DNA of 64,000 nucleotides from an uncultured Chloroflexia bacterium (GCA_963835335.1 CAWIFB010000006.1:136084-200083); one strand, 5' to 3'; numbered from the stretch's first letter, positions 27,809 through 36,115 are shown. Notes: generated by a model not told the origin, from the letters alone. Made by a program: numbers and translations.

Positions 27809-29368
27809 CTACTCGACGAGGCCGACCGCGATCAGTTGCGCAACCAGATCCTGGTTGTAGCCGACGGCCAAGGTCCCCGAGCCCGTCACCGAGAACGTGT
27901 CCGCGATGATCTGCGACGGGCCGAGGTTGCCCGTGCCCTGGACCGCGACGTACCCGTTCGGCTCGTAGATCGTGCCTTGAACGTACAAGTTCGAGCCATT
28001 GCCGTTCAGCTGGAGGTCTCCGGAAGTCACACTCGGCAGGCTGCGATCCTGGAAGATGACGATGTTGGTGTAAGGGCCGGCGTCCTGGATGGGGTAGAGG
28101 TGGACGACGGCTGCTGAGCCATTGAGGCTGATCGGCTGCATGTCCCGCACGGTTGCGCCACCGCTTGTCGCAGTCGGATCCTCGGTGTTGTAGAACAGAA
28201 CGCCACCGCACTTGGCAAAGCTCTGTGGCGCGCAATCGAACGGGGTTGCTGGGAACGTGTTGATGCAGTCGACGGTGGACGTCTGCTCGCACGTCGTCGG
28301 TGGTGTCGTGCTGCTCCACGATGCACTGACGGTATAGATGTTGGCGCCGCCACCGCCGGCGTCCAGGCCCCCGCCACCGATGTAGTACAGCCCTGGCCTC
28401 AGGAAGAAGGTTCCGTTGAGGAACTGAAACCCACCCGGGTAATAGCCGGGTGACAGCAACCAGGTCGTCCCGGCATATGAATTATTGAAGGCGCATGTTG
28501 CAGGCGCCAGCGCCGTAGCTGCACTGGAGCCCCCAGGACATCCGGATGGAATGGCCGCAGCCCCGGACAGCTCCACGACCGGCGCCGCGAGGCCTGGCAG
28601 GCCCGGCGCCGGGAGGCTGAGCAGCGGGTCCGGGACGTAGGGCTGTCCCGTGCTCGGGTCCGGATCGCAGTGTCCCGTGGCGCAACTCGCGCTCCCGACG
28701 ACATCGATGACACCGCCCTCCGAGGTGACCTCAACCGAAGAGGCCCCGCCTTGATTGAATGCCCCCTGCGGGCAGGTCGCCGATGAGTCAACTTGAATGT
28801 TTCCAGACACACTGACGGTTCCAGTTCCACCGAATTTCGCGGCGGAGCATTCGGATGGATTTAAGGCGATCATCGAGTAGTCCGCAGCCACACCGCTGCG
28901 ATTTGCGGCGGTGGCCAGAACAGCGACACGCTGACCGGTGATCCCCAGCACGCCGCCAAAGATGCTCCCCCGGTTGCTGCCAATCTCAACCTCAATGAAT
29001 CCGGGCTGCCCCGCGAAGGCCGATTCGGTCCCAGGGGGAATTTGGACCTTGACCGTGGAGCCATTCGCCGCTTCCACGTTGTTGCTCGTGCCATCCCCGT
29101 AGCCGTTGATGAAGGCGACGCGCAATGCTTCGTCGACGGCGTTGGCGCAGGTCGCGAGCGACGGCGCCGCAAAGCAGCCCGACTCCACGACGTAGCGCCC
29201 ACCTGCAAGGGCGGCCGCATCGGCCGCATTCTGTTCGCTGCGGCGGTCGAGCAGCATCTGTCCGATATCGAACGCGAGCGCTGCGAAGCCGAATAGGACG
29301 ACGAGACTCAACGCGAAGATGACCAGTGATTGGCCCCGCTGTCGGGCCGAGCTAGTGGTTGATGACAA
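27809..29368 (-). CDS. TadG-like (Tad_N / TadE-G-like N-terminus) large pilus-assembly-type protein, triplet 2
   Basis: The TTG start overlaps the upstream gene by 17 nt. (M)SSTTSSARQRGQSLVIFALSLVVLFGFAALAFDIGQMLLDRRSEQNAADAAALAG. 519 aa, Cys- and Gly-rich body. Confidence 0.8.
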   Translation of the reverse strand: MSSTTSSARQRGQSLVIFALSLVVLFGFAALAFDIGQMLLDRRSEQNAADAAALAGGRYVVESGCFAAPSLATCANAVDEALRVAFINGYGDGTSNNVEAANGSTVKVQIPPGTESAFAGQPGFIEVEIGSNRGSIFGGVLGITGQRVAVLATAANRSGVAADYSMIALNPSECSAAKFGGTGTVSVSGNIQVDSSATCPQGAFNQGGASSVEVTSEGGVIDVVGSASCATGHCDPDPSTGQPYVPDPLLSLPAPGLPGLAAPVVELSGAAAIPSGCPGGSSAATALAPATCAFNNSYAGTTWLLSPGYYPGGFQFLNGTFFLRPGLYYIGGGGLDAGGGGANIYTVSASWSSTTPPTTCEQTSTVDCINTFPATPFDCAPQSFAKCGGVLFYNTEDPTATSGGATVRDMQPISLNGSAAVVHLYPIQDAGPYTNIVIFQDRSLPSVTSGDLQLNGNGSNLYVQGTIYEPNGYVAVQGTGNLGPSQIIADTFSVTGSGTLAVGYNQDLVAQLIAVGLVE

Positions 29369-29810
29369 GGGTCGACCTCGCAGTCATGCTGATCGGGGGA
29401 ACGGGCAGCGGGATGATCGTTCTGAACGTGTAGTTGGTCGTAACGGAGACGTCGTGACCGCGTGCGTTGTCAACATCCGGCCAGGCCACGACCACCTGTG
29501 ACGGTGTCAGGCCCAGACTGAACGCGGTCGCGGCAGTCTTCGCCTGGATCGCGCTGCCGGTTGGGTCTGCGCATGAGCTTGGGCTGGTCGCTCCACCCGG
29601 CATCGGGCCGCTGGGGCACAGTGAGTCGCTACCGTGCACGATCGCGTACCGTGCCCCTTCTCGGGTCGCGTTGTTCAGGACCTCGTAGGCGAACACATAC
29701 CGCCCGAACTCGATGATCCCGAAGATGAGCAGGAACAGGAGTGGCGCCGCGATGGCGAACTCAGCCAGCGCCTGGCCCCGGGCCCGTGAGCGGTCACTCT
29801 GATTCGTCAT
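29352..29810 (-). CDS. TadE/TadF-like pseudopilin, triplet 2
   Basis: MTNQSDRSRARGQALAEFAIAAPLLFLLIFGIIEFGR has a G/XXXXEF prepilin motif plus a hydrophobic helix. ATGA overlap with the upstream gene. Confidence 0.85.
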   Translation of the reverse strand: MTNQSDRSRARGQALAEFAIAAPLLFLLIFGIIEFGRYVFAYEVLNNATREGARYAIVHGSDSLCPSGPMPGGATSPSSCADPTGSAIQAKTAATAFSLGLTPSQVVVAWPDVDNARGHDVSVTTNYTFRTIIPLPVPPISMTARSTLVINH

Positions 29811-30355
29811 GGTGCGGGAAAGTCGTTGACGACGTACGAGGCGTCGCGGTCGATCGGGATGGTCCCCGGAAGACTGAAGATCCCCGCAATCCCAACACCG
29901 CCGAGGAACAGGTGGAAGTCGTAGTGGCCGGAGACGTGGACGATGCAGGGCAGGTCGCCCGCAGGTACCGGCTCTGCACAGTTGATGCCGTCATCGTTGA
30001 CCAACTCGTATGTGATCACGGGGTTCTCGCACGTGTTGTCCGGGTCGGAGGTCTGGTAGTCAGGCAGCGTGTTTGACGCAGTGCAGGCGCGGCGGTACAT
30101 GCCTGCCTCGGTAAGCGGGATGTTCGCCGACAGCCAGTTCGATCCTTGGAACGCACCGTAGTCGGCAGCTTCGCGCACGGCCGACTCCACCGTGAGCGCG
30201 GTCGTGTACAGGCGCGCGAAGTCTCCGATGGCGAGCAGCAGCAGCAGCAGGATCGGAAGGATCAGCGCCAGCTCAACGATCGCCTGCCCGGATGAGCGCC
30301 GCGAGGGATCACTCGTCCGCGGTTCGACGTCACGACGAAATGCAGGGGTCGCCAT
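29807..30355 (-). CDS. TadE/TadF-like pseudopilin, triplet 2
   Basis: MATPAFRRDVEPRTSDPSRRSSGQAIVELALILPILLLLLLAIGDFAR. ATG at 30355, with an alternative GTG at 30364. Confidence 0.8.
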   Translation of the reverse strand: MATPAFRRDVEPRTSDPSRRSSGQAIVELALILPILLLLLLAIGDFARLYTTALTVESAVREAADYGAFQGSNWLSANIPLTEAGMYRRACTASNTLPDYQTSDPDNTCENPVITYELVNDDGINCAEPVPAGDLPCIVHVSGHYDFHLFLGGVGIAGIFSLPGTIPIDRDASYVVNDFPAP

Positions 30356-30381
30356 CGTCTCCACCGGTCGATTCCACCAAT

Positions 30382-30421
30382 GAGCTGGTCGCCCCCACGA
30401 TCCCGGGCCGGCGACCAGCTC
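30382..30421. promoter_or_regulatory. 12-bp perfect inverted repeat upstream of triplet 2
   Basis: gagctggtcgcc (30382-30393) and ggcgaccagctc (30410-30421) are separated by 16 nt and lie 27-66 nt upstream of the start at 30355. Confidence 0.35.
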
Positions 30422-30563
30422 GCGCGTGCGGTCTCCGCACAGAGCGGGACTATGGTCCTGGGACCTTGCGATCGTCCTTACACGCTCGACCGAGCAGCCG
30501 GCCAGGCCAGCGAGTACGAACGGACCATTGTGGAACGCGCCCGGTCGAACGACGCTGATCCGC

Positions 30564-30791
30564 ATGAAGAAGCGAATCGCAGCCAGTCTGCTCTGGTTCT
30601 ACTGCACGTGGTGGGCGTGGGCAATGATCGCGGCGCTGACCGGCCTGCCGGCGCTTGCTGGCCCGGTGATCGGAGCAGCGGTGGCCGCTCTGGTTGGTGT
30701 CGACCCGTTCGAGAAGATCTGGCCCCGCCCGGCCCGGCGCGAGCAGGACTCAGCGGGGGTGTCCGCAGCTGAAGCCCAGCTGGTCGCCTGA
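30564..30791 (+). CDS. small two-TM membrane protein, hypothetical
   Basis: MKKRIAASLLWFYCTWWAWAMIAALTGLPALAGPVIGAAVAALVGV... lies between triplets 1 and 2, convergent with triplet 1. Confidence 0.5.
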   Translation: MKKRIAASLLWFYCTWWAWAMIAALTGLPALAGPVIGAAVAALVGVDPFEKIWPRPARREQDSAGVSAAEAQLVA

Positions 30792-30808
30792 CGTCGCTCA
30801 CCAACAGG

Positions 30809-30846
30809 CTGACGCCCGCTCATCCCCGAGACCGAGCGGGCGTCAG
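30809..30846. terminator. bidirectional GC-rich hairpin between convergent genes
   Basis: A 13-bp perfect stem, ctgacgcccgctc / gagcgggcgtcag, with a 12-nt loop. It lies between the stop at 30791 (+) and the stop at 30878 (-). Confidence 0.5.
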
Positions 30847-30877
30847 TGATTCTCGGGCGGGCGTGGCGCCCGCGGGA

Positions 30878-31909
30878 CTATTCGACCAGGCGCGCGACCG
30901 GGACCCCGAACGTCGCCGACGACCCGCCGGCGGAGATCGTCAGGGGCAGCGAGCTCGTCTCGTCGGACACGAAGTAGCCGGCCAGCTGCTCGCCGTCGTG
31001 GCCCTCGCAGTCGCTGTTGGCCGTGTCCAGGTGCCAGATCCAGAAGCCGACCAGGTTCCCGTCGTCGTCGTTGATCGCCACCGGGATGTCGGCGCCGCTC
31101 GGGTACATGTCGAGCAGCGCGTGGCACACGGACGTCATGTCGCCATGGTTGTGTGGCCCGAGGTCCATGCCGAGGTAGACCTCGACCTGGAACTCGCCGC
31201 CATCGATGATGCCCTTGGCCGTCGCTGCATCGACGTTGCAGGCGCCGCCACTGACGCAGAACGTGGTCCAGGCGAACTGCTCGCTGTTGATGGGCCATGC
31301 GCTGTTGGGGTCGCATTTGGCGGGATTGGGGTCGCAGTAGACGTTCGAGGTGGCGCCGTGGTCGGTGACGGCCCGGTAGTTGAACATGATCGGCGACAGG
31401 CCGTTCGAGACGCCGTTCGCGATCCCGCCCACGGACACGCCGCGTGCGGTCACGCCGAACTGGTTCATGCCCACGACCGACGCGAAGCTGTTCTGGTGCG
31501 GCCGGTCCACGACGACCTCGACCCAGCACGGATAGAGCGCGGGCGTGCTGCAGTCGTTGGTGCTCAGGGGTCCGGACTGTGACCCGCCGGGTGCGTACTT
31601 GCCGCTGGTGGGCGGGATGTTGACGGTGACCTCGGCCGCCTGGTAGCCGTTCGCGACCGCGGAGTCGATGGCCGTCTGGATGATGGTGGCCCGGTCGGCG
31701 CCGTTCGCCTCGGCAGTCGCGCCGGCGAGGGCGGCCACGTCGGCGACCTTCTGCTGGGTCCGGAACTGGCCCCACGACCCGCCGACATCGACCACGAGGC
31801 CGACCGCCAGCAGGAGCGTCACCAGCATCAGCGTGAACAGGACCAGCACCTGGCCATCGGCCCGGTCGAGGCCGTCGCGGGCGCGGGAGAGGAGGGCGCG
31901 CGGGATCAT
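30878..31909 (-). CDS. TadG-like (Tad_N N-terminus) protein, triplet 1
   Basis: MIPRALLSRARDGLDRADGQVLVLFTLMLVTLLLAVGLVVDVGGSWGQFRTQQKVADVAALAG. ATGA overlap with the upstream gene. Confidence 0.8.
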   Translation of the reverse strand: MIPRALLSRARDGLDRADGQVLVLFTLMLVTLLLAVGLVVDVGGSWGQFRTQQKVADVAALAGATAEANGADRATIIQTAIDSAVANGYQAAEVTVNIPPTSGKYAPGGSQSGPLSTNDCSTPALYPCWVEVVVDRPHQNSFASVVGMNQFGVTARGVSVGGIANGVSNGLSPIMFNYRAVTDHGATSNVYCDPNPAKCDPNSAWPINSEQFAWTTFCVSGGACNVDAATAKGIIDGGEFQVEVYLGMDLGPHNHGDMTSVCHALLDMYPSGADIPVAINDDDGNLVGFWIWHLDTANSDCEGHDGEQLAGYFVSDETSSLPLTISAGGSSATFGVPVARLVE

Positions 31910-32349
31910 TGCAGGATCTCCTGTTCCGTGGAGGACCCGACGGTGACGGGGCCGAAGGAGCTGGCGACGGGCGTCAGCAGCGAGAACGACTGGGCGGTCT
32001 GCACGCGGACGATGTAGCCCACCTTGCAGAAGGTGGTGGACTGGTCGGGGGCGACCCCGGTCGCGGGGTCGATGCAGGTCACCGTCACGGTGAGCGGGGC
32101 CTGGAGGCCGACGGACGCGTCCGCGATCGCCGCGCTGATCGGCCCCGTCGTGGCGTCGCACGGCGTCGACGACTGGAAGCACGCGGTGCTCGCCGTCCTC
32201 GCGACGGACCGCGCGATCTGGGACATCTGGTTGTAGGCAAAGATCGCGCGCCCGCCGTCGATGACCCCGAACACGAGGACCAGGAACAGCGGAAGCACGA
32301 GCGCGAACTCGACCAGGCTCTGGCCGCGCGCATCTGATCGGCGTCTCAT
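31906..32349 (-). CDS. TadE/TadF-like pseudopilin, triplet 1
   Basis: MRRRSDARGQSLVEFALVLPLFLVLVFGVIDGGR. ATGA overlap with the upstream ORF. Confidence 0.85.
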   Translation of the reverse strand: MRRRSDARGQSLVEFALVLPLFLVLVFGVIDGGRAIFAYNQMSQIARSVARTASTACFQSSTPCDATTGPISAAIADASVGLQAPLTVTVTCIDPATGVAPDQSTTFCKVGYIVRVQTAQSFSLLTPVASSFGPVTVGSSTEQEILQ

Positions 32350-33322
32350 CTGTAGGTGACCACGACTTTCTGGGTGATCGGGTAGCACACGCCGGGCGTG
32401 AGGTCGTTGCCCAGCCCGTCGGTCTGGCCCGTCACGACGTCGTTGGTGTGGCCGTTGGGCGAGAAGTTGCCGGCGGCGAACCCGGCCGTCGTCCATTCGT
32501 CCCGGGCATCGGACACGGTCTCGTCCGAGCCCGAGTTGCTCACGACGAGGTCTGGCATCGGGGCGAAGCCCGTGTGCAGACCGACCCGCTGGGGGACGCG
32601 CTGGCCGACGCGGACGCACTGGCCGACGCGCTCGCCGACGCGCTCGCCGACGCCGACGCGCTCGAGGACGACGTGGCGCTCGCGCTGGACGACGGGATCA
32701 GGGTCGCCGGATCCGGGAGCGCGATCTGGTCAGCTGCGACGCTTGCCCGGATCGTGATCCCGTTGCCGAGGAACACTCGCAGGATCGGCATCAGGAAGTC
32801 GAACGGCATCGAGACGCCGACGCGGCTGCGTGTGCCCGGCTGTGGATCCGGCTGGCACGCGACCGTCGCGCCGGTCAGGTCCTCGCAGGAGACCTGGACG
32901 TTGGCGAAGTCGACGGTGGCGGCCGAGTTCCGGTTCTCGAAGGTGATCGCGCAGCCCACGCGGTTGGCCGTCGACGCTGGGTTGCTGCAGGTGCCCGTGT
33001 AGGAGGTTGGCTCGCGCGCCGCGACCAGCACGCCCGCACGCGCCGCGTTCTCGGCGGTCACCTGCGTGTAGAACAGCCGCCCGAAGTCCACGGTCGTGGC
33101 CAGGAGCATGAGCAGGACCAGCGCGACGACCGAGAACTCGACGAGCGCCTGGCCGCGCGACCGGCCCGGCCGGCGAAGGAATCGGAGGGCGGGTGCGGCG
33201 ACACGGCCGGGTCTCCCCGGCCTCGCGTGATCGGGCGGTGACGCCCGCAACGGACGCGATCGCGACGGTGCGCCTTTTCGGCGCGCGCGAACACCGGCCC
33301 ATACGGGCCATAAGGACGACAT
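32346..33322 (-). CDS. TadE-like pseudopilin with Ser/Ala linker and C-terminal PASTA-like module, triplet 1 (frameshift at about 32591-32595)
   Basis: ...RSRGQALVEFSVVALVLLMLLATTVDFGR, then the linker SSSASATSSSSASASASASASASASASASASPSGS. After a break at a 5-nt homopolymer the ORF 32346..32558 continues (PDLVVSNSGSDETVSDARDEWTTAGFAAGNF...). The start at ATG 33322 is uncertain. Confidence 0.7.
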
Positions 33323-33378
33323 CGACGTTTCCCCCGGCGATGCAGTGATGCAGTTGGCATTTGGGAAGGTGACGTCCT

Positions 33379-33402
33379 GACCTTGCGGTGAACCTTGCCG
33401 TG
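33379..33402. promoter_or_regulatory. tandem 12-bp direct repeat in the divergent Tad intergenic region
   Basis: gaccttgcggtg followed by aaccttgccgtg (10/12 identical, head to tail), in the 358-bp region between the divergent starts at 33322 and 33681. Confidence 0.3.
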
Positions 33403-33680
33403 TTGCGTTCGGGCCACGAAACGAGCAGCGGGGCCCATGACCCCGTCGGGACCTTCGGTGCATGCCACATCGCGGGGTGCGCGGGGTCCGCCCGCGGGGG
33501 GCGCCGGCCCCCCTCCCGGCAGGCGCTCCTCGCATCGTGGTTTCGAGCCGGGGATCGCCCGGTACTTCCTTCTCCGGGGACTGCCCGCTTTGGGCTATGC
33601 ACTCGCGCACCGTTTCAAGTCAGGGTGCAAGGGGCGACCACGACGATCGCCTGGCAACAACCCGCTGCAGGTCAATCCAG

Positions 33681-34595
33681 ATGCGCCACAGGTTCCCAAC
33701 AAGCTGGCGACCGCGCCTCGCACTCCGGCCACGGTCGCGGGGGCAGGCCCTGGTCGAGCTTGCCCTGATCCTGCCGGTGATGCTCGTCCTGTTCGCCTCG
33801 GCCCTCGATCTCGGCCGCATGTTCTACAGCCAGATCACGATCGCCAACGCGGCCAAGGAGGGCGCCCTCGAGGCGTCCCGCAACCCGACCTCGTTCGACA
33901 ACACGCAGCCCTGCAACGCCACGACGAACCGGGTGATCTGCCTGGTGATCAACGAGGCCAAGGGCTCGTTCTACTCGATCACCCCGGCCGACGTCACCCT
34001 CGTCTGCTCGCCGGATCCGTGCCCGTCGGATCCCGCGGTGGGAGACACGGTCACGGTCACGGTGACCGGCAAGTTCACGCTGATCACGCCCTTGCTCGCG
34101 TCCTTCGTCGGGGGCCAGACGATCAACCTCTCGTCCTCGGCGCTGGCATACCTGCGTGTCCGGCCCCAATTCGCGGCCGGCTCCACGCCAATTCCGGTTC
34201 CGAGCACCGATCCGAGCGCCGATCCGAGCACCGATCCGAGCGCCGATCCGAGCGCCGATCCGAGCGCCTCCATTCCAGCCTGTGTTACGCCGACCGTGAC
34301 CGGCAGCATCGTCGTGAGCCCGACCAGCGGCGGCTACTACCACGGTCCCGGCAATCCGGGGACGTTGTTTACCTTCACCGCGCCGACGGTCGATCCGCAG
34401 CCCGGCTGCACCTTCACGTACACCTGGAGCTACGGCGATGGTGGCAGCGGATCGGGCGCGACCACGACCTACCTGTACAACGCGGCCGGCTCGTCCGGCA
34501 GCGGCACCTCGAGGTACTTTCCGGTGACCCTGACGATCTCCGCCTCGGGTGTCGCGACCAACTGGCAGGGCACGATCAACGTGCCGGTGCTCTGA
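33681..34595 (+). CDS. TadE-like pseudopilin with Asp-Pro-Ser repeat linker and C-terminal PKD-like domain, triplet 3
   Basis: MRHRFPTSWRPRLALRPRSRGQALVELALILPVMLVLFASALDLGR. Linker PSTDPSADPSTDPSADPSADPSAS (12-bp units, 34209-34268). PKD-like TFTYTWSYGDGGSGSGATTTYLY...YFPVTLTIS. Confidence 0.8.
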   Translation: MRHRFPTSWRPRLALRPRSRGQALVELALILPVMLVLFASALDLGRMFYSQITIANAAKEGALEASRNPTSFDNTQPCNATTNRVICLVINEAKGSFYSITPADVTLVCSPDPCPSDPAVGDTVTVTVTGKFTLITPLLASFVGGQTINLSSSALAYLRVRPQFAAGSTPIPVPSTDPSADPSTDPSADPSADPSASIPACVTPTVTGSIVVSPTSGGYYHGPGNPGTLFTFTAPTVDPQPGCTFTYTWSYGDGGSGSGATTTYLYNAAGSSGSGTSRYFPVTLTISASGVATNWQGTINVPVL

Positions 34596-35047
34596 TGAAC
34601 GAACGACGAGATCCGGATCAGCACGGCCAGGCCCTGGTCGAGTTCTCGCTCGCCATCGTCGTGTTCCTGATGCTGATGATGGGCGTGTTCGACTTCGGCC
34701 GTGCCATCTACCAGTACAACGGCGTGGCGCAGGCCGCCCGCGAGATCGCACGCGTCACGGCGGTGCACCCGGGCGCGGACTTCACGACGACCGCCGGCCG
34801 GAGCGCCGAGACGCAGGCCGTGATCGCGACCCAGAAGGGTCTCATCCCCAGCCTGGGCGATCCCACGATCGAGTGCGTCCAGATCGACGGGACGGTCATC
34901 ACCAGACCCTGCACTCCGAACGATTGGATCCGGGTGCAGATCGCCGCGACGTACACCCCGATCACGCCCCTCCTCGGCCTGGTCGGGACGTGGACCCTGT
35001 TCTCATCGTCTACCAGCTCGCAACTCCAGCTGATCGGAGCCTCCTGA
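34595..35047 (+). CDS. TadE/TadF-like pseudopilin, triplet 3
   Basis: MNERRDPDQHGQALVEFSLAIVVFLMLMMGVFDFGR. The start overlaps the upstream stop (TGATG). Confidence 0.85.
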   Translation: MNERRDPDQHGQALVEFSLAIVVFLMLMMGVFDFGRAIYQYNGVAQAAREIARVTAVHPGADFTTTAGRSAETQAVIATQKGLIPSLGDPTIECVQIDGTVITRPCTPNDWIRVQIAATYTPITPLLGLVGTWTLFSSSTSSQLQLIGAS

Positions 35048-36034
35048 TGGATAACAACGCGCAGCGCGGCGAGCGCGGCCAGATCATCGTCGTGTTCGCG
35101 CTGGCGCTCGTGGCAATCGTCGCCATGGTGGGCCTGATCCTCGACGGCGGCAGCTCGTTCGCCCAGCGGCGCTCCGAGCAGAACGCCGTCGACCTGGCCG
35201 CTCTCGCGGCCGGCAATGACCTGATCGTCAACCAGGGCACTGCCGACTGGGTGGGCACCGCGCGCACGGTCGCAAGGCAGAACGGATTCGAGCACGGCGT
35301 CAACGGCATCACCGTGGACGTCACCTGCGAGAACTGCCCGGGACAGGTGCTCAATTCTGGCGTGGCGGGCGTGCAGGTCACGGTCGGGATCACCGCGCCG
35401 CACCAGAACGCCTTCGCGGGCGTGGTTGGGATGCCCACCTGGGACGTCAGCACGACGGCCACGTCGAAGACCGGCTGGCCGGACACCGCCACCGGACCGG
35501 CCCCGTTCATTCTTTCCAAGGAGGCGTTCGACCCCGCCGGCAAGGCGAAGGTCTGCTCCGACCCGGCCAACCCGTGCAACTTCAACCACCCCACGACGTC
35601 GGAAGGAGACACACCGCAATCGGCGACGGAGTTCGCGTGGACCGACTTCCATTACGACACGCCGTGCCACGTCGCTGGCAATGTCGACGACCAGGACCTC
35701 CAGGACTACCTCGAATTCATCGGCGAGCTTCACGACCACGCTCGACTTCGGGTGCTACATCGCGCAGCACAACAGCGGCCAGATGAACAACATCACAGCG
35801 ACGCTCGCGAGCCTCGCCCCGATCACGTTTCCGGTTCCGATCGTGGACACGAGCGGCAATTACGTCGGCTGGGCCTCGTTCGTCCTCGCAAGCGCGACAG
35901 CCAACGGGTCCAACGGGGTCCTGACCGGCTACTTCGAGACCGGTGACCGCCAGGACCTGCGCCTGGACGTCAGCGGCGCCGGGTTCGGCACCTCGACGTA
36001 TGGCGGGACACCCGTCCTCAAGCTGATCAACTGA
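35047..36034 (+). CDS. TadG-like (Tad_N N-terminus) protein, triplet 3 (frameshift near 35720-35730)
   Basis: MDNNAQRGERGQIIVVFALALVAIVAMVGLILDGGSSFAQRRSEQNAVDLAALAAG. The C-terminal third (SFTTTLDFGCYIAQHNSG...VLKLIN) continues in ORF 35426..36034 and parallels the C-terminus of the 30878..31909 protein. Confidence 0.75.
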
Positions 36035-36040
36035 TCGCCA

Positions 36041-36062
36041 GGGCGGCGGCGCTCCGCCGCCC
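36041..36062 (+). terminator. hairpin after triplet 3
   Basis: gggcggcgg-cgct-ccgccgccc lies 7 nt past the stop at 36034. Confidence 0.5.
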
Positions 36063-36090
36063 GACCCGTCCCTCGGATCCAGATCGTTGA

Positions 36091-36114
36091 CCGGCGCGGC
36101 GACGGCCGCGCCGG
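36091..36114 (-). terminator. hairpin after the histidine kinase gene
   Basis: ccggcgcggc-gacg-gccgcgccgg ends 2 nt from the kinase stop at 36116. Confidence 0.45.
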
Positions 36115-36115
36115 T

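Noticed and set aside
30564-30791. Small membrane protein inside the Tad cluster, considered as the missing Flp pilin.
   Set aside because: It has no G/XXXXEY-type processing motif. It has two hydrophobic segments rather than one, and the N-terminus is not pilin-like. It is kept only as a hypothetical membrane protein.
34209-34268. Regular short repeats (12-bp units here, and GCC/GAC/GCG-type repeats at 32595-32690), checked as a possible CRISPR or other array.
   Set aside because: The units are contiguous with no spacers. They are in frame and encode the (DPSA)n and (SA)n linkers of two pseudopilin genes.
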